NCBI GenBank assembly: GCA_963836075.1
Contig: CAWIIB010000001.1
Location: forward strand, 2,112,001-2,176,000
Direction: 5' to 3'
Origin: an uncultured Acidobacteriota bacterium
GTDB taxonomy: Bacteria; Acidobacteriota; JAQAZP01
DNA length: 64,000 nucleotides
Below the pieces are notes generated by a model, which was not told the origin of the DNA, made no database searches, and saw only the letters and a program-made list of their open reading frames with translations. Shown one piece after another: positions 44,597 through 56,968 of this stretch (the stretch's first letter is position 1; every line of letters starts with the position of its first letter). The position numbers were made by a program, and so were the translations under genes.

Positions 44597-46108
44597 TCAG
44601 GTGCCGAAGTAGGCGGCGAGCAGGGCCAGGTCTTCACCGTCTATGCTGCCGCTGCCGTCGATGTCGGCCGCTGCCGAGTAACGCCAGTCGCCGATGAAGG
44701 AGCCGAAGGCCCGGCCGAGGATCGCCAGGTCCATCCCGTCCACCCGACCCGAACCGTCCAGGTCGCAGTTCGCGCCGTAGCCCTGGTAGTGGTAGCCCTG
44801 GTCCTCGATCCCCGTGTCCGCCCACTCGTCGGTGCGTGTGGTGCCTTCTATCACCTCCCCGGGGTCGCCGGCATCCACTGACGGGCTGTCCACGGCCTGC
44901 CCCGCGGCGACCTGGCTTAAGTAGTGGTCGCCGTTCGGACCGCTGACAAAGACCGGGTCGGCATCGATGATGCCCGGCCCGAGGTGCACCTGACCCGCGC
45001 CGGATTCGACAACGATCCCGTCCATTCCGCCGCTGATGTTCGAATAGCGCACCCGCATTTCGCCGTTAGTCGGTCTTGGTTGGCCGTAGATCTCCGCCGC
45101 CGAGGGCGCCTGGTTTCCGCGGAAGATGCAGCTGGCCACGAAGAGCTCATAGCCGTAATAAAAGAACAGCCCGCCACCCCCGGCGCCGGCACTGTTGCCC
45201 GCCACGGTGCAGTTGGTGATCGTGACATGGCCGAAGGCGGAGTAGATCCCGCCGCCCGAGTCGGAGGCGTGGTTGTTCAGGATCAGGTTGTTGCGCAGCA
45301 CGCCCCCGTACAGACTGACCCCTCCCCCGGACTCGGCACTGTTGCCGGTGATCACGTTGTTTTCCACCGTGCCCGAGGCCTCGCCGCCGCTGAGGCGGAC
45401 TCCCCCCCGGCCGTTGCCGGAGATGATGTTGCCGGAAACCGTGAGGGTGATGTGGCCCCCGGCGTAGATCCCGCTGCCGCCGTTTCCCTCGATGACATTG
45501 GCCAAGATCTCGGGCCAGGGAGAGCCGTAGTCACTGTAGAAGTTGAGCCCACTCTCACCGTTGCCGCTGATCGTGTTGCCGGCGATCACCGGACGCCCGG
45601 TACCGCCGGTGGTGTAAAAGGAGCCGCTTACTCCGCTGCCGCTGCAGCCGCTGATGGTGTTCCCGGTGATCAGGGGGGAATCCTGATAGATCATGACTCC
45701 GGTTTCGAAACCGGTGATTACATTGCCTACGATTGCCGGGGAGGAGCCGGGACAATAAATCCCCCGGGTACCGTTGCGGATGGTGAACCCGCGGATCACC
45801 GAGTTGCGCCCCTCATAGCTGTCCAGGATAAATCCATTGTCCTGGCCGCCACCACAGTCGATGGTGCAGTTGCCGGGCCCGCCGGCCGAGGCCACGGTGA
45901 TGGCCTTTCCCCCAAAGTCCAGGTCGCGGTTGCCGGGCCCGGACCAGGTCCCGTCAGCCACCAGTACCGTGTCTCCGCTGCCCGCGGCGTCCATCCCGGC
46001 CTGGATCGAAGGCTGGTCGGCGGGAACGTGTATGACCTCCGCTCCGAGCGGAGGGAACAGGAGGAGCGGGAGCGCAAACAGGACGCAGATACGGAGCAGT
46101 CCACGCAT
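44597..46108 (-). CDS. Secreted right-handed parallel beta-helix protein with C-terminal dockerin (paired EF-hand)
   Basis: Signal peptide; IHVPADQPSIQAG..GDTVLVADG; repeated N.ISGN..GG motifs; C-terminus DLDGSGRVDGMDL...ADIDGSGSIDGEDLALL. Confidence 0.85.
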   Translation of the reverse strand: MRGLLRICVLFALPLLLFPPLGAEVIHVPADQPSIQAGMDAAGSGDTVLVADGTWSGPGNRDLDFGGKAITVASAGGPGNCTIDCGGGQDNGFILDSYEGRNSVIRGFTIRNGTRGIYCPGSSPAIVGNVITGFETGVMIYQDSPLITGNTISGCSGSGVSGSFYTTGGTGRPVIAGNTISGNGESGLNFYSDYGSPWPEILANVIEGNGGSGIYAGGHITLTVSGNIISGNGRGGVRLSGGEASGTVENNVITGNSAESGGGVSLYGGVLRNNLILNNHASDSGGGIYSAFGHVTITNCTVAGNSAGAGGGGLFFYYGYELFVASCIFRGNQAPSAAEIYGQPRPTNGEMRVRYSNISGGMDGIVVESGAGQVHLGPGIIDADPVFVSGPNGDHYLSQVAAGQAVDSPSVDAGDPGEVIEGTTRTDEWADTGIEDQGYHYQGYGANCDLDGSGRVDGMDLAILGRAFGSFIGDWRYSAAADIDGSGSIDGEDLALLAAYFGT

Positions 46109-46232
46109 GAACAAGACCTCCTGGCTGCACGGCTGGGAAGGATCGCCTCAAGACAACAAAAATCTATTTTCAAGTATTAAAAGAAGGTACAGGGATTTCT
46201 TGCCGGCGTCAAGGGTGAAAAGCTGTTCCCGC

Positions 46233-47459
46233 TCAGTCCCCGCTCTGTTCAAAGCGCACCTTGAGATAGAGACGGCCCTTTTTGAGGAGGATCTCGGTTC
46301 CAGCGGTGCCGGGCAGTTCCGTTGACGGGTCGGTGACCTTCTCGCCGTCCACCGACACTCCGCCCTGCTTGATGATCTGCCGGGCCACGGAATTGGACTT
46401 GGTCAGGCCCACGCTGGTGAGCAGCTTGGGCAGCCAGACCGGGCTGCCGTCGGTGGCGTAGACCGCCTCTTCGATGTCCTGCGGGGTCTGCCGCTGACTG
46501 AACTGGCGGGAGAACTCGGCCTCGGCCTTTTCGCCGGCCCCCTCGCCGTGGAACTGGTCGACGATGGTGCGGCCGAGGCGTTTCTTGGCCTCCATGGGGT
46601 GCAGGGCGCCGGTGGCGGTGTCGCCCTTCATCTTTTCGATGTCGGTGAGGGGCAGGCTGGTCAGCAGCTCCCAGTAGCGCCACATCAGGTCGTCGCTGAT
46701 CGACATCAGCTTGCCGAACATCTCCTGGGGCGGTTCCTCCACCCCGACATAGTTGTTCAGCGACTTGCTCATCTTCTCCACACCGTCGAGGCCCTCGAGC
46801 AGCGGCACGGTGAGGACCACCTGGGGCTCCTGGCCGTACTCCCGCTGCAGGTCGCGTCCCAGCAGCAGGTTGAAGGTCTGGTCGGTGCCCCCCAGTTCCA
46901 CGTCGGCCTCCAGAAAGACCGAGTCGTAGCCCTGGGAGATGGGGTAGAGCAGTTCGTGCAGGGCGATGGGCTGCTGGGCGCCGTAGCGCTTGGTGAAGTC
47001 GTCCCGCTCCAGGATGCGGGCCACGGTGATCTTCGAGGCCAGGTTGATGAAACCCTCCGAACCCAGTTCGCCGAGCCAGCGGCTGTTGAAATCGATCACC
47101 GTGGTCTGCGGGTCGAGAACCTTGAAGGCCTGCTTCTTGTAGGTCTCGGCATTCTCCAGCACCGCTTCGCGGGTCAGCTGGGGCCGGGTCCTGGACTTGC
47201 CGCTGGGGTCGCCGATCATCCCGGTGAAGTCACCGATGAGAAAGACCACCCGGTGCCCACAGTCCTGGAAGTGGCGCATCTTGCTCAGCAGTACCGTGTG
47301 GCCCAGGTGGATATCCGGGGCCGAGGGGTCGAAGCCGACCTTCACCGTCAGCGGCTTGCCGGTCTTGCTCGAGCGCTCGAGCTTGGCCTTCAGTTCCTCG
47401 GGGCGGATGATCGCCTCGGTGCCGCGGGCCAGGTGGGCGTATTGTTCTTCCAGTGTCAT
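46233..47459 (-). CDS. tyrS: Tyrosine--tRNA ligase
   Basis: [29 protein letters not shown]-terminal S4 domain. Confidence 0.97.
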   Translation of the reverse strand: MTLEEQYAHLARGTEAIIRPEELKAKLERSSKTGKPLTVKVGFDPSAPDIHLGHTVLLSKMRHFQDCGHRVVFLIGDFTGMIGDPSGKSRTRPQLTREAVLENAETYKKQAFKVLDPQTTVIDFNSRWLGELGSEGFINLASKITVARILERDDFTKRYGAQQPIALHELLYPISQGYDSVFLEADVELGGTDQTFNLLLGRDLQREYGQEPQVVLTVPLLEGLDGVEKMSKSLNNYVGVEEPPQEMFGKLMSISDDLMWRYWELLTSLPLTDIEKMKGDTATGALHPMEAKKRLGRTIVDQFHGEGAGEKAEAEFSRQFSQRQTPQDIEEAVYATDGSPVWLPKLLTSVGLTKSNSVARQIIKQGGVSVDGEKVTDPSTELPGTAGTEILLKKGRLYLKVRFEQSGD

Positions 47460-47486
47460 CTGCCTGCACATCTCCTGTTTCTTCCG

Positions 47487-48101
47487 CTACTCCTGGCGGA
47501 TGCGAACAACCCTGCCCTCAACGGTGAGACGGTCTTCGAAATAGAGGCGCACCGCTTCGGTGTACGCCTGGTGTTCCTGGTCGATGATCCGGCCGGCCAG
47601 GGTGTCGGCATCATCCCCCTCCACCACCGGCACCGTCCGCTGGACGATGATTGGCCCGGCGTCCAGGTCCTCGTCGACGAAGTGCACCGTGCAGCCGGAG
47701 ACCTTCACCCCGTGGTCCAGGGCCTGCTGCTGGACGTGCAGCCCGGGGAAGGCGGGCAGCAGGGAGGGATGGATGTTGATGATCCGGTCGGAGAACGAAC
47801 GGACAAAGAACGGGCTGAGCAGCCGCATGAAGCCGGCAAGGCAGACCAGCTCCACTCCGCGTTCCTGGAGCGCCGCCACCACCGCCCGGTCGAACAGCTC
47901 CCGGGTGCCGAAGTCCTGGTGCCGGATGGCCAGGGTTTCGACTCCCCGGGCCGCGGCCAGTTCCAGCCCCGGGGCCTGGGCCCGGTTGCTGATCACCAGC
48001 GCGGGGCGGGCCGGGATGTCGCCCCGCAGGGCCGCATCCACCAGGGCCACCATGTTCGAGCCCCGTCCGGAGATCAGGATTGCGAACCGCCGCTCAGACA
48101 T
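47487..48101 (-). CDS. purN: Phosphoribosylglycinamide formyltransferase
   Basis: ISGRGSN, LAGFMR, NIHPSLLP, GCTVHFV..LDAGPII. Confidence 0.97.
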   Translation of the reverse strand: MSERRFAILISGRGSNMVALVDAALRGDIPARPALVISNRAQAPGLELAAARGVETLAIRHQDFGTRELFDRAVVAALQERGVELVCLAGFMRLLSPFFVRSFSDRIINIHPSLLPAFPGLHVQQQALDHGVKVSGCTVHFVDEDLDAGPIIVQRTVPVVEGDDADTLAGRIIDQEHQAYTEAVRLYFEDRLTVEGRVVRIRQE

Positions 48102-49155
48102 AGGTCACCCCGCCGGCGCCCTTCTCGATCCGCCCGATGACCGGGCACGGTTCCCCCCGGGACGCCAGGCCCGACACCACCTCAGCGGCGGCAGCCGGAT
48201 CGGCCACCACCGCCATGCCGATACCCATGTTGAAGGCCCGCATCATTTCCGCCCGTTCCACCTTGCCGGCCCGCTGGATGATTCCGAACACGGGGGGGAC
48301 CTCCCAGCTGGCGAGGTCGATCATTGCCTGGCAATCACCGGGCAGGACCCGGGGCAGGTTGTCGGTCAGACCGCCCCCGGTGATGTGGGCCAGCCCCTTG
48401 ATCAACCCGCGCTCCATCAGCGGCTCCAGCAGGGTGCGGTATTGCCGGTGGGTTTTGAGCAGTTCCTCGCCCACGGTGCAGCCCAGTTCCTCCACCTCGC
48501 TGTCCACGGTCAGGTCCAGCAGTTCGAAGAAGACCTTGCGGGCCAGCGAGTAGCCGTTGGTGTGCAGGCCGCTGGAGAGCAGGCCCAGCACCACGTCACC
48601 CGGCCGGATGGCCGAACCGTCCAGCAGGCGGTCCCGGGTCACCTCGCCGACGATGAAGCCGGCCAGGTCGTATTCACCAGGCCCGTAAAAATCTGGCATC
48701 TCGGCGGTCTCACCGCCGATCAGGGCGCAGCGCGCCTCCTTGCACCCCTCCACCAGCCCCTGAACCACGGAAACCATCGTGTCCGGATCCAGATCGCCGG
48801 TGGCCAGGTAGTCCATGAAGAACATCGGCATGGCGCCCTGGACCAGGATGTCGTTCACGCAGTGGCAGACCAGGTCCTGGCCCACGGTGTGATGCACACC
48901 GGTGAGGAAGGCGATTTTCAGCTTGGTCCCCACGCCGTCAGCACTGGAGACCAGGATGCGGTCACGAGCCGGTCCGTCGCCAAAGGGCTGGTAGAGCGCG
49001 CCAAAGGCGCCGATGTCGGTGAGCACCCGCGAGTCGAAGGTCTCGCGCACCATCCCCTTGATCCGGGCCAGGGCCTCGTCCTGGGCATCGATGTCCACCC
49101 CGGCATCGCGGTAGGTCAGCCCGCCGGTCTGTTTCCCCGCATCATCGTCCTTCAT
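48094..49155 (-). CDS. purM: Phosphoribosylformylglycinamidine cyclo-ligase
   Basis: YRDAGVD, DGVGTK, GGETAEMP, SSGLHTNGYSL, HITGGG, FNMGIG. Confidence 0.97.
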   Translation of the reverse strand: MKDDDAGKQTGGLTYRDAGVDIDAQDEALARIKGMVRETFDSRVLTDIGAFGALYQPFGDGPARDRILVSSADGVGTKLKIAFLTGVHHTVGQDLVCHCVNDILVQGAMPMFFMDYLATGDLDPDTMVSVVQGLVEGCKEARCALIGGETAEMPDFYGPGEYDLAGFIVGEVTRDRLLDGSAIRPGDVVLGLLSSGLHTNGYSLARKVFFELLDLTVDSEVEELGCTVGEELLKTHRQYRTLLEPLMERGLIKGLAHITGGGLTDNLPRVLPGDCQAMIDLASWEVPPVFGIIQRAGKVERAEMMRAFNMGIGMAVVADPAAAAEVVSGLASRGEPCPVIGRIEKGAGGVTYV

Positions 49156-49159
49156 TGGC

Positions 49160-50578
49160 TCACCCTCTGGTCTCGAACGACGTCGGCTCGTCGAACTGGT
49201 CGCCCGGCGGTTTCACCGGATAGTCGCCGGTGAAGCAGGAGGTGCAGAACGGCGCCCCGCCATTCTCGGCCTCCACCGACTGCAGCATGCCCTCGATGCT
49301 CAGGTAGCCCAGCGAATCGACGCCGAGGTACGTTTCGATCTCCTCCACCGAGTGGGAGGAGGCAATCAGTTCCCGGCGGGTGGGCGTGTCGATGCCGTAG
49401 TAGCAGGGCGAGATGATCGGCGGCGAGCTGATCATCAGGTGCACCTCCCGCGCGCCGGCCTGGCGCACCATCTTGATGATCTTGCGGCTGGTGGTGCCGC
49501 GGACGATGGAGTCGTCCACCAGGATCACCCGCCGGCCCTCGATCAGTCCCCGCACCGGGTTGAGTTTGATCTTCACCCCGAAGTGGCGGATCGACTGTTT
49601 CGGTTCGATGAAGGTGCGCCCCACGTAGTGGTTGCGCACCAGGGCGAACTTCACCGGGATGCCCGACTGCTTGGAATAGCCCAGGGCGGCGTAGACCCCG
49701 GAATCGGGCACCGGGATCACCATGTCGGCGTCCACCGGGTGCTCCCGGGCCAGGGTTTCCCCCAGCCGGTGACGGCTGAAATCCACGTGGCGGTCGAAGA
49801 TGGTGCTGTCCGGCCGGGCGAAGTAAATGTGCTCGAAGACGCAGTGCTTCGGCTCGCGGCGGGGGAAGGGGAAGGACGCTTCCACGCCCTGGCGGTCCAC
49901 CACCACCATCTCTCCCGGCGCCACCTCGCGCAGCAGGTCGGCATCGATCAGGTCGAGGGCGGTGGTCTCGCTGGCAAAGACCGTGGACTTGCCCAGACGG
50001 CCCATGACCAGCGGGCGGAACCCGTGGGGGTCGCGGACGGCGATCATCTTGTCCCGGGTCATGAAGAGCAGCGAGTAGGCCCCCTCGACCTGGCTCAGGG
50101 CGTCGATGATGGCCCGTTCCATGGTCTCCTCCCGCGAGCGGGCGATGAGGTGCAGCACCACCTCGCTGTCCGAGGTGGACATGAAGATGGCGCCCTGCTT
50201 CTCCAGGTCGTCGCGGATCTGGAAGGCGTTGACCAGGTTGCCGTTGTGGCCGAGCGATATCTGCCCCCGGTGACAGCTGATCATGATCGGCTGGGCGTTG
50301 CCCACCATGCTCGACCCGGCCGTGGAGTAGCGCACGTGTCCGATGGCCATGTGGCCCTTCAGCGCCAGCAGGTTTTCCTCGTTGAACACCTCGGCCACCA
50401 GGCCCATCCGGCGCTCAAGTTTGAGCTCCCTGCCGTTGGAAGAGCAGATCCCGGCGCTCTCCTGGCCCCGGTGCTGCAGCGCATAGAGTCCGAGATAGGT
50501 CAGGTTGGACGCCTCGGGGTGATCATAGAGCCCGAACACGCCGCACTCGTCGTGGAACCGGTCATCGTCGAAGGGCAT
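49160..50578 (-). CDS. purF: Amidophosphoribosyltransferase (propeptide and Fe-S type)
   Basis: DE|CGVFG, QHRGQE, GHVRYST, VDDSIVRGTT, CVFE / CYYG / CTSC. Confidence 0.97.
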   Translation of the reverse strand: MPFDDDRFHDECGVFGLYDHPEASNLTYLGLYALQHRGQESAGICSSNGRELKLERRMGLVAEVFNEENLLALKGHMAIGHVRYSTAGSSMVGNAQPIMISCHRGQISLGHNGNLVNAFQIRDDLEKQGAIFMSTSDSEVVLHLIARSREETMERAIIDALSQVEGAYSLLFMTRDKMIAVRDPHGFRPLVMGRLGKSTVFASETTALDLIDADLLREVAPGEMVVVDRQGVEASFPFPRREPKHCVFEHIYFARPDSTIFDRHVDFSRHRLGETLAREHPVDADMVIPVPDSGVYAALGYSKQSGIPVKFALVRNHYVGRTFIEPKQSIRHFGVKIKLNPVRGLIEGRRVILVDDSIVRGTTSRKIIKMVRQAGAREVHLMISSPPIISPCYYGIDTPTRRELIASSHSVEEIETYLGVDSLGYLSIEGMLQSVEAENGGAPFCTSCFTGDYPVKPPGDQFDEPTSFETRG

Positions 50579-50641
50579 TGGAGCACCCTCTCCTGTAGCC
50601 GTCCGGTCACCCGCGGGGCAACCGGAAACCGGCAGATTTAT

Positions 50642-52872
<2,231 letters not shown>

Positions 52873-52876
<4 letters not shown>

Positions 52877-53628
52877 GATCGGTCCTGCCCGTTCCTGGTT
52901 ATGTCGCCGTGACCGGTTCCGTTGCGGCCCAGCCAGGCGACGATGGATTCAAAGACCTTGCGGCCCTGCCCGCCGGAAAACGCCGGCTCGCAGACCCGCT
53001 CGGGGTGGGGCATCATCCCCAGCACGTTCCCCGCCTCGTTGCAGATGCCGGCGATGTCGTCCAGCGCCCCGTTGGGGTTCGCCTCGCCGGGGCTCAGGTC
53101 ATCCAGCGCGCTGTAGCGAAAGACCACCTGCCCGTTGGCGCGCAAACGCTCCAGGCCCTGGGGGTCGATGAAATAGGACCCCTCGTTGTGGGCCACCGGG
53201 ACACGCATCACCTCCCCGGTGTCGCAGGCGCAGCTGAACGGGGTCCGGTTGTTTTCCACCCGGACCCCCACCTCGCGGCAGACGAACTTGACGCTGCTGT
53301 TCCGCAGCAGGGCGCCCGGAAGCAGACCGGCCTCCAGCAGGATCTGGAACCCGTTGCAGATGCCGATCAGCAGGCCGCCGGCGGCGGCATGCCGTTCCAC
53401 GGCGCTCATGATCGGGGAAAAGCGGGCCACGGCCCCGCTGCGCAGGTAGTCGCCGTAGGAGAACCCCCCGGGGAGCACAACACAGTCATACCCGTCCAGC
53501 GACGTTTCCCGGTGCCAGACGAACTCGGCTTCACAGCCCATGACATGCTTCACCGCATAATAGGCGTCATGATCACAGTTCGACCCGGGGAAGACCACCA
53601 CACCGAATCTCGGTTTTTTCGTTTCCAT
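52873..53628 (-). CDS. purQ: Phosphoribosylformylglycinamidine synthase subunit PurQ
   Basis: [32 protein letters not shown]; start at METKK. Confidence 0.96.
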
Positions 53629-53684
53629 CCAGATCTCTCCAGGGTTCGCCGGCGCCGCCGGTCCCGCGGCGCCGCGGGCCGCGG

Positions 53685-53930
53685 TCACTCCGCCAGCTCG
53701 AAGCGGTAGTTCTCGATAACGGTGTTGGCCAGCAGCTTGCGGCACATCTCGTCGGCCTGCCGTTCCAGCTCTTCGCCGGACAGGTCGCCGGCAAGGTCGA
53801 TCTCGAGATACTTTCCCTGCCGGACCTGCTCCACGCTGTCAAAGCCCAGGGCGTGCAGCGAGTTCATCACTGCCCGCCCCTGGGGGTCGAGCACTCCCGG
53901 TTTCAGTGTCACATAGACGCGAAGTTTCAT
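53685..53930 (-). CDS. purS: Phosphoribosylformylglycinamidine synthase subunit PurS
   Basis: [25 protein letters not shown]. Confidence 0.96.
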   Translation of the reverse strand: MKLRVYVTLKPGVLDPQGRAVMNSLHALGFDSVEQVRQGKYLEIDLAGDLSGEELERQADEMCRKLLANTVIENYRFELAE

Positions 53931-53954
53931 TTATCTCTCCCAGTAGTCCAGGGG

Positions 53955-54743
53955 CTAGAAAAGTTCCACGGTATCGCTGGGCCGGTCCTGCCAGGTCATC
54001 CTGACCCCGGTCTCGGCGCCCTTGTTGCGCAGCGCCTGCCGCGAGCAGAAGCTGGCCAGTTCTCTCTCGTTGTTCTCCTGGCTGATGTGGGCCAGGAAGA
54101 GTTCCCTCGGCTGCTTGCCCTCGATTTCGGCAAGGTATCGGGCCAGGGCATCGTTGGAGAGGTGCCCCTTCCCGCTGAGAATCCGCTGTTTGAGATACCA
54201 GGGGTACGGACCCTTTTTCAGCATCTCCAGGTCGTGGTTGCTCTCCAGCACCAGGATGTCGCTGTTCTTCAGCAGCGCCCCGGCCCCGGGGTCCACCATG
54301 CCCAGGTCGGTGGCGTAGCCGAGCACGCTCCCCCGGCAGGTCACCGACAAGCCCACCGGCTGGGCCGCATCGTGGGATACCGGAAAAGGCAGCACCTGGA
54401 ACGGCCCGGTGTTGAATACCGTTCCCGGCGCGATGCTCCGGATTTCCGTGTCCACATCGGCAAGCTGCCGCCCCAGGGCCTGCCGGGTCCCCGGGGTGAG
54501 ATAGAGCGCGGGCCCGAATTTTCGGACAAAAACGCGCAGGCCGCGGACATGGTCCGCGTGCTCGTGGGTCACCACCACGGCGCTCACCGCGGACGGGTCC
54601 ACCCCCACCTGCCCCAGCCGTTTCACCACCTCGCGGCAACTGAACCCGACGTCGATGAGCAGTGCCTCGCTCCCCGCGTCGAGCACCGAACAATTGCCCC
54701 GACTGCCGCTGCCCAGAACCGTAAATGTCGCCTTGCGCTCGAT
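53955..54743 (-). CDS. MBL-fold metallo-hydrolase, YycJ/WalJ family (possible ATC start)
   Basis: LGSGSRGN, THEHADH, VSHDA, ATDLG, ESNHD, GHLSN, AHISQENN. Confidence 0.88.
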   Translation of the reverse strand: MERKATFTVLGSGSRGNCSVLDAGSEALLIDVGFSCREVVKRLGQVGVDPSAVSAVVVTHEHADHVRGLRVFVRKFGPALYLTPGTRQALGRQLADVDTEIRSIAPGTVFNTGPFQVLPFPVSHDAAQPVGLSVTCRGSVLGYATDLGMVDPGAGALLKNSDILVLESNHDLEMLKKGPYPWYLKQRILSGKGHLSNDALARYLAEIEGKQPRELFLAHISQENNERELASFCSRQALRNKGAETGVRMTWQDRPSDTVELF

Positions 54744-54756
54744 GGCGGCTCCTCTT

Positions 54757-55215
54757 CTAGTCCAGCCCGGTGCTCCCGAATCCCCCCGCTCCCCTCTCGG
54801 TCTCTTCCAGCGATTCCACCTCTTCCAACCGGACCAGGGGGACCGGCTTGACCACCATCTGGGCGATCCGGTCGCCACGGCGGATGACAAAGGTGTTGTC
54901 GCCGCCGTTGAACAGGATCACCGCCACTTCACCGCGATAGTCGGCATCGATGGTTCCAGGGGAATTGGGGACGAGGATCCGGCTGTTCAGCGCCAGCCCG
55001 CTGCGCGGCCTGATCTGGGCCTCGAACCCCGGGGGAACAGCGATTTTCAGCCCGGTGGGAACACTGGCCGTGGCCCCGGGTTCGATGCGCAGTTCACTGT
55101 CCACGGCGGCACGGAGATCCATCCCGGCGCACTGGGCCGTGGCCCTGGCGGGCAGGGGCAGGTCCCTGGCCGCAGCCAACCGCTGGACCTTCACCGTGAC
55201 AAAGCTATGCTCCAT
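54757..55215 (-). CDS. dut: dUTP diphosphatase
   Basis: [38 protein letters not shown]; start at MEHSF. Confidence 0.96.
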   Translation of the reverse strand: MEHSFVTVKVQRLAAARDLPLPARATAQCAGMDLRAAVDSELRIEPGATASVPTGLKIAVPPGFEAQIRPRSGLALNSRILVPNSPGTIDADYRGEVAVILFNGGDNTFVIRRGDRIAQMVVKPVPLVRLEEVESLEETERGAGGFGSTGLD

Positions 55216-55353
55216 GCCGGACCACGTTACAGCCCGCCCCCGGCACCCGGAAAAAAGAGGTGCGGCGACCGGGCTGCTCAAATCGAAGAGGAAATCGACT
55301 CCCGGAGCAGACCGGGCGCGGCTCCCCAAGTCGATCTGGAGAATGAAAGCGGA

Positions 55354-55382
55354 ATTATATCGGAAGGATCAAACCTCATCAA
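55354..55382 (-). promoter_or_regulatory. sigma70 promoter of the dut-pur cluster
   Basis: TTGATG-N17-TATAAT on the minus strand. Confidence 0.65.
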
Positions 55383-55453
55383 TCCCAAACCCGGGATCGA
55401 GGTGTGGGCCGAGCTCCCGTGAAAGAACCGCTGCGGGAGTCCGTGGGGCGCGT

Positions 55454-56968
55454 CTATCCCCCACCGCCAAAGCCGCCACCGCCGCCGGCGCCACCCCCAC
55501 CACCGCCGCCGCCGCCACCGGCACCGCCGCCACCCTGGCCACGGTCGGGAAGTTGGAACCCGCCGCGACCGCCGCCGCCCCTGCCCGTCTCTTTGCCCTT
55601 GTCATCCCTGCGGGACTCGTCCTTTTCCTTGCCCTGGCCAAAGCCGCCGGGCGGAACCTTGACCGGTGCGCCACTGCCCTGGGCAGCATCACCGCCCAAC
55701 CTCGTCGGGGGCTGGCCTCCACGGCCACCGGCGCCGCCGGCCCGACGTTCGGGCATTTGCTCGACCTTGAAAATCCACTGGTCATAGGTGGACTGGCCGT
55801 TGTATTCGCGGATCGCACTATCCGGGCTGCGGGAGCGAACCCCGATGATCGGCCGGGCATTGAGCACGATATCTTCCTGGGTGCCCTGCAAACTCTCATA
55901 GGGGTTGAGCATCGCGCTATCCTGATTGCCGAAGAGATCACCCGATTTGCCGAAAATATCGTCCAGGCCGCTGCCGTTTCCGCCACCGCGATTACCTGAA
56001 CCGCCACCACCGCCAAAGGGATCGTTGGGATTGCGGCCACCGCCGCCATTGAAACCGCCACCACCGCCACCGCCGGAGAATCCACCACCGCCGCCGCCGT
56101 TGAAACCACCACCGCCGCCGCCGTTGAAACCACCTCCGCCCTGGCGGGAACCGCCGCCTGACTGGTGGGTCTGCTGGCCACCGGCAAAGGCCGCCTGGCC
56201 AAAGGATGCCGTCGGACCGATGTCGGTCCCCGGGTTCGAACCGTGAAGGAAGGTGGCCCCGGGGGACGACCAGGCCGGAGCAGGATTCAGACCACCGGAC
56301 ATCTCACCGCCATGGGGTTGAGTGAACGCCTGGTTCCCTGGTGTCTCCAGGCCGCCGGCTCCCGGTCCGTTCAAACCGCCGCCGCCGGGGAAATTGCCGC
56401 CGCCGTCCGGGGGAGAGGTTCCCCGGCCTCCGCCCAGCCCGCCGCCGCCTCCGCCTCGCCCCCCTCCGGCGCCACCGCCGGCAAAGGGATCGTTGCCTCT
56501 GCGGCCGCCGCCAAAGGGATCATCGCCGCCGGCGGGCGGATTGAACCCTGAACCCTCACCGGGGTTGAGCCCGCCGCCTCCGCCCCCGCGAAGGCCGCCC
56601 ATTGAAAGAGCATTGGCCCCGGCGGCGCCTCCCCGCTGGCTGGTGATCTTGGGCGGGCCGTTGTGGGAGGCGAAGATCAGGATCCAGCGGCCGTCCTCCA
56701 TCATCGGGTCGGTCCAGAGCTTGCGGACGAACCGCCGGCCATCGATCTCATTGAGTTCATCAAGGGAGAGGGGATAGCGGTTGTACTTGCCGTAAAAGCG
56801 GATGATCGCGTCCACATACTGCTCACCGCGGAAGATCAGCTCCTCCTCCCGGTCCCGCTGGACCACGGTGTGCCAGACCGGCATCGCCGCGCCGAGCAGG
56901 ATCAGCAGCACGGCGATCCCCACCATCAGGGCGACGATGCTGAACCCGCTGTCCTTACCACTCTTCAT
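55454..56968 (-). CDS. Type II secretion/type IV minor pilin-like protein with very large Gly-rich inserts
   Basis: G|FSIVALMV prepilin site lacking Glu5; REEELIFRG.QY, RKLWTDPM; IIGVRS..SAIREYNG...YDQWIF after the Gly-rich insert. Confidence 0.8.
   Translation of the reverse strand: MKSGKDSGFSIVALMVGIAVLLILLGAAMPVWHTVVQRDREEELIFRGEQYVDAIIRFYGKYNRYPLSLDELNEIDGRRFVRKLWTDPMMEDGRWILIFASHNGPPKITSQRGGAAGANALSMGGLRGGGGGGLNPGEGSGFNPPAGGDDPFGGGRRGNDPFAGGGAGGGRGGGGGGLGGGRGTSPPDGGGNFPGGGGLNGPGAGGLETPGNQAFTQPHGGEMSGGLNPAPAWSSPGATFLHGSNPGTDIGPTASFGQAAFAGGQQTHQSGGGSRQGGGGFNGGGGGGFNGGGGGGFSGGGGGGGFNGGGGRNPNDPFGGGGGSGNRGGGNGSGLDDIFGKSGDLFGNQDSAMLNPYESLQGTQEDIVLNARPIIGVRSRSPDSAIREYNGQSTYDQWIFKVEQMPERRAGGAGGRGGQPPTRLGGDAAQGSGAPVKVPPGGFGQGKEKDESRRDDKGKETGRGGGGRGGFQLPDRGQGGGGAGGGGGGGGGGAGGGGGFGGGG
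56036..56140 (-). repeat. Coding tandem repeat (GGGF-N/S-GG)n, ~21-24 nt units
   Basis: CCGCCGCCGCCGTTGAAACCACCA-type units encoding GGGFNGGGGGGFNGGGGGGFSGGGGGGGFNGG. Confidence 0.8.

Noticed and set aside
50543-50578. N-terminal extension before the PurF catalytic Cys
   Set aside because: Known 11-residue propeptide of Bacillus-type PurF; not novel
53640-53684. GC-only palindromic spacer between purS and purQ
   Set aside because: Short, single-copy, expected by chance at this GC content
55404-56777. Pro-rich plus-strand ORFs and CCG repeats
   Set aside because: Reverse complement of the Gly-rich pilin insert
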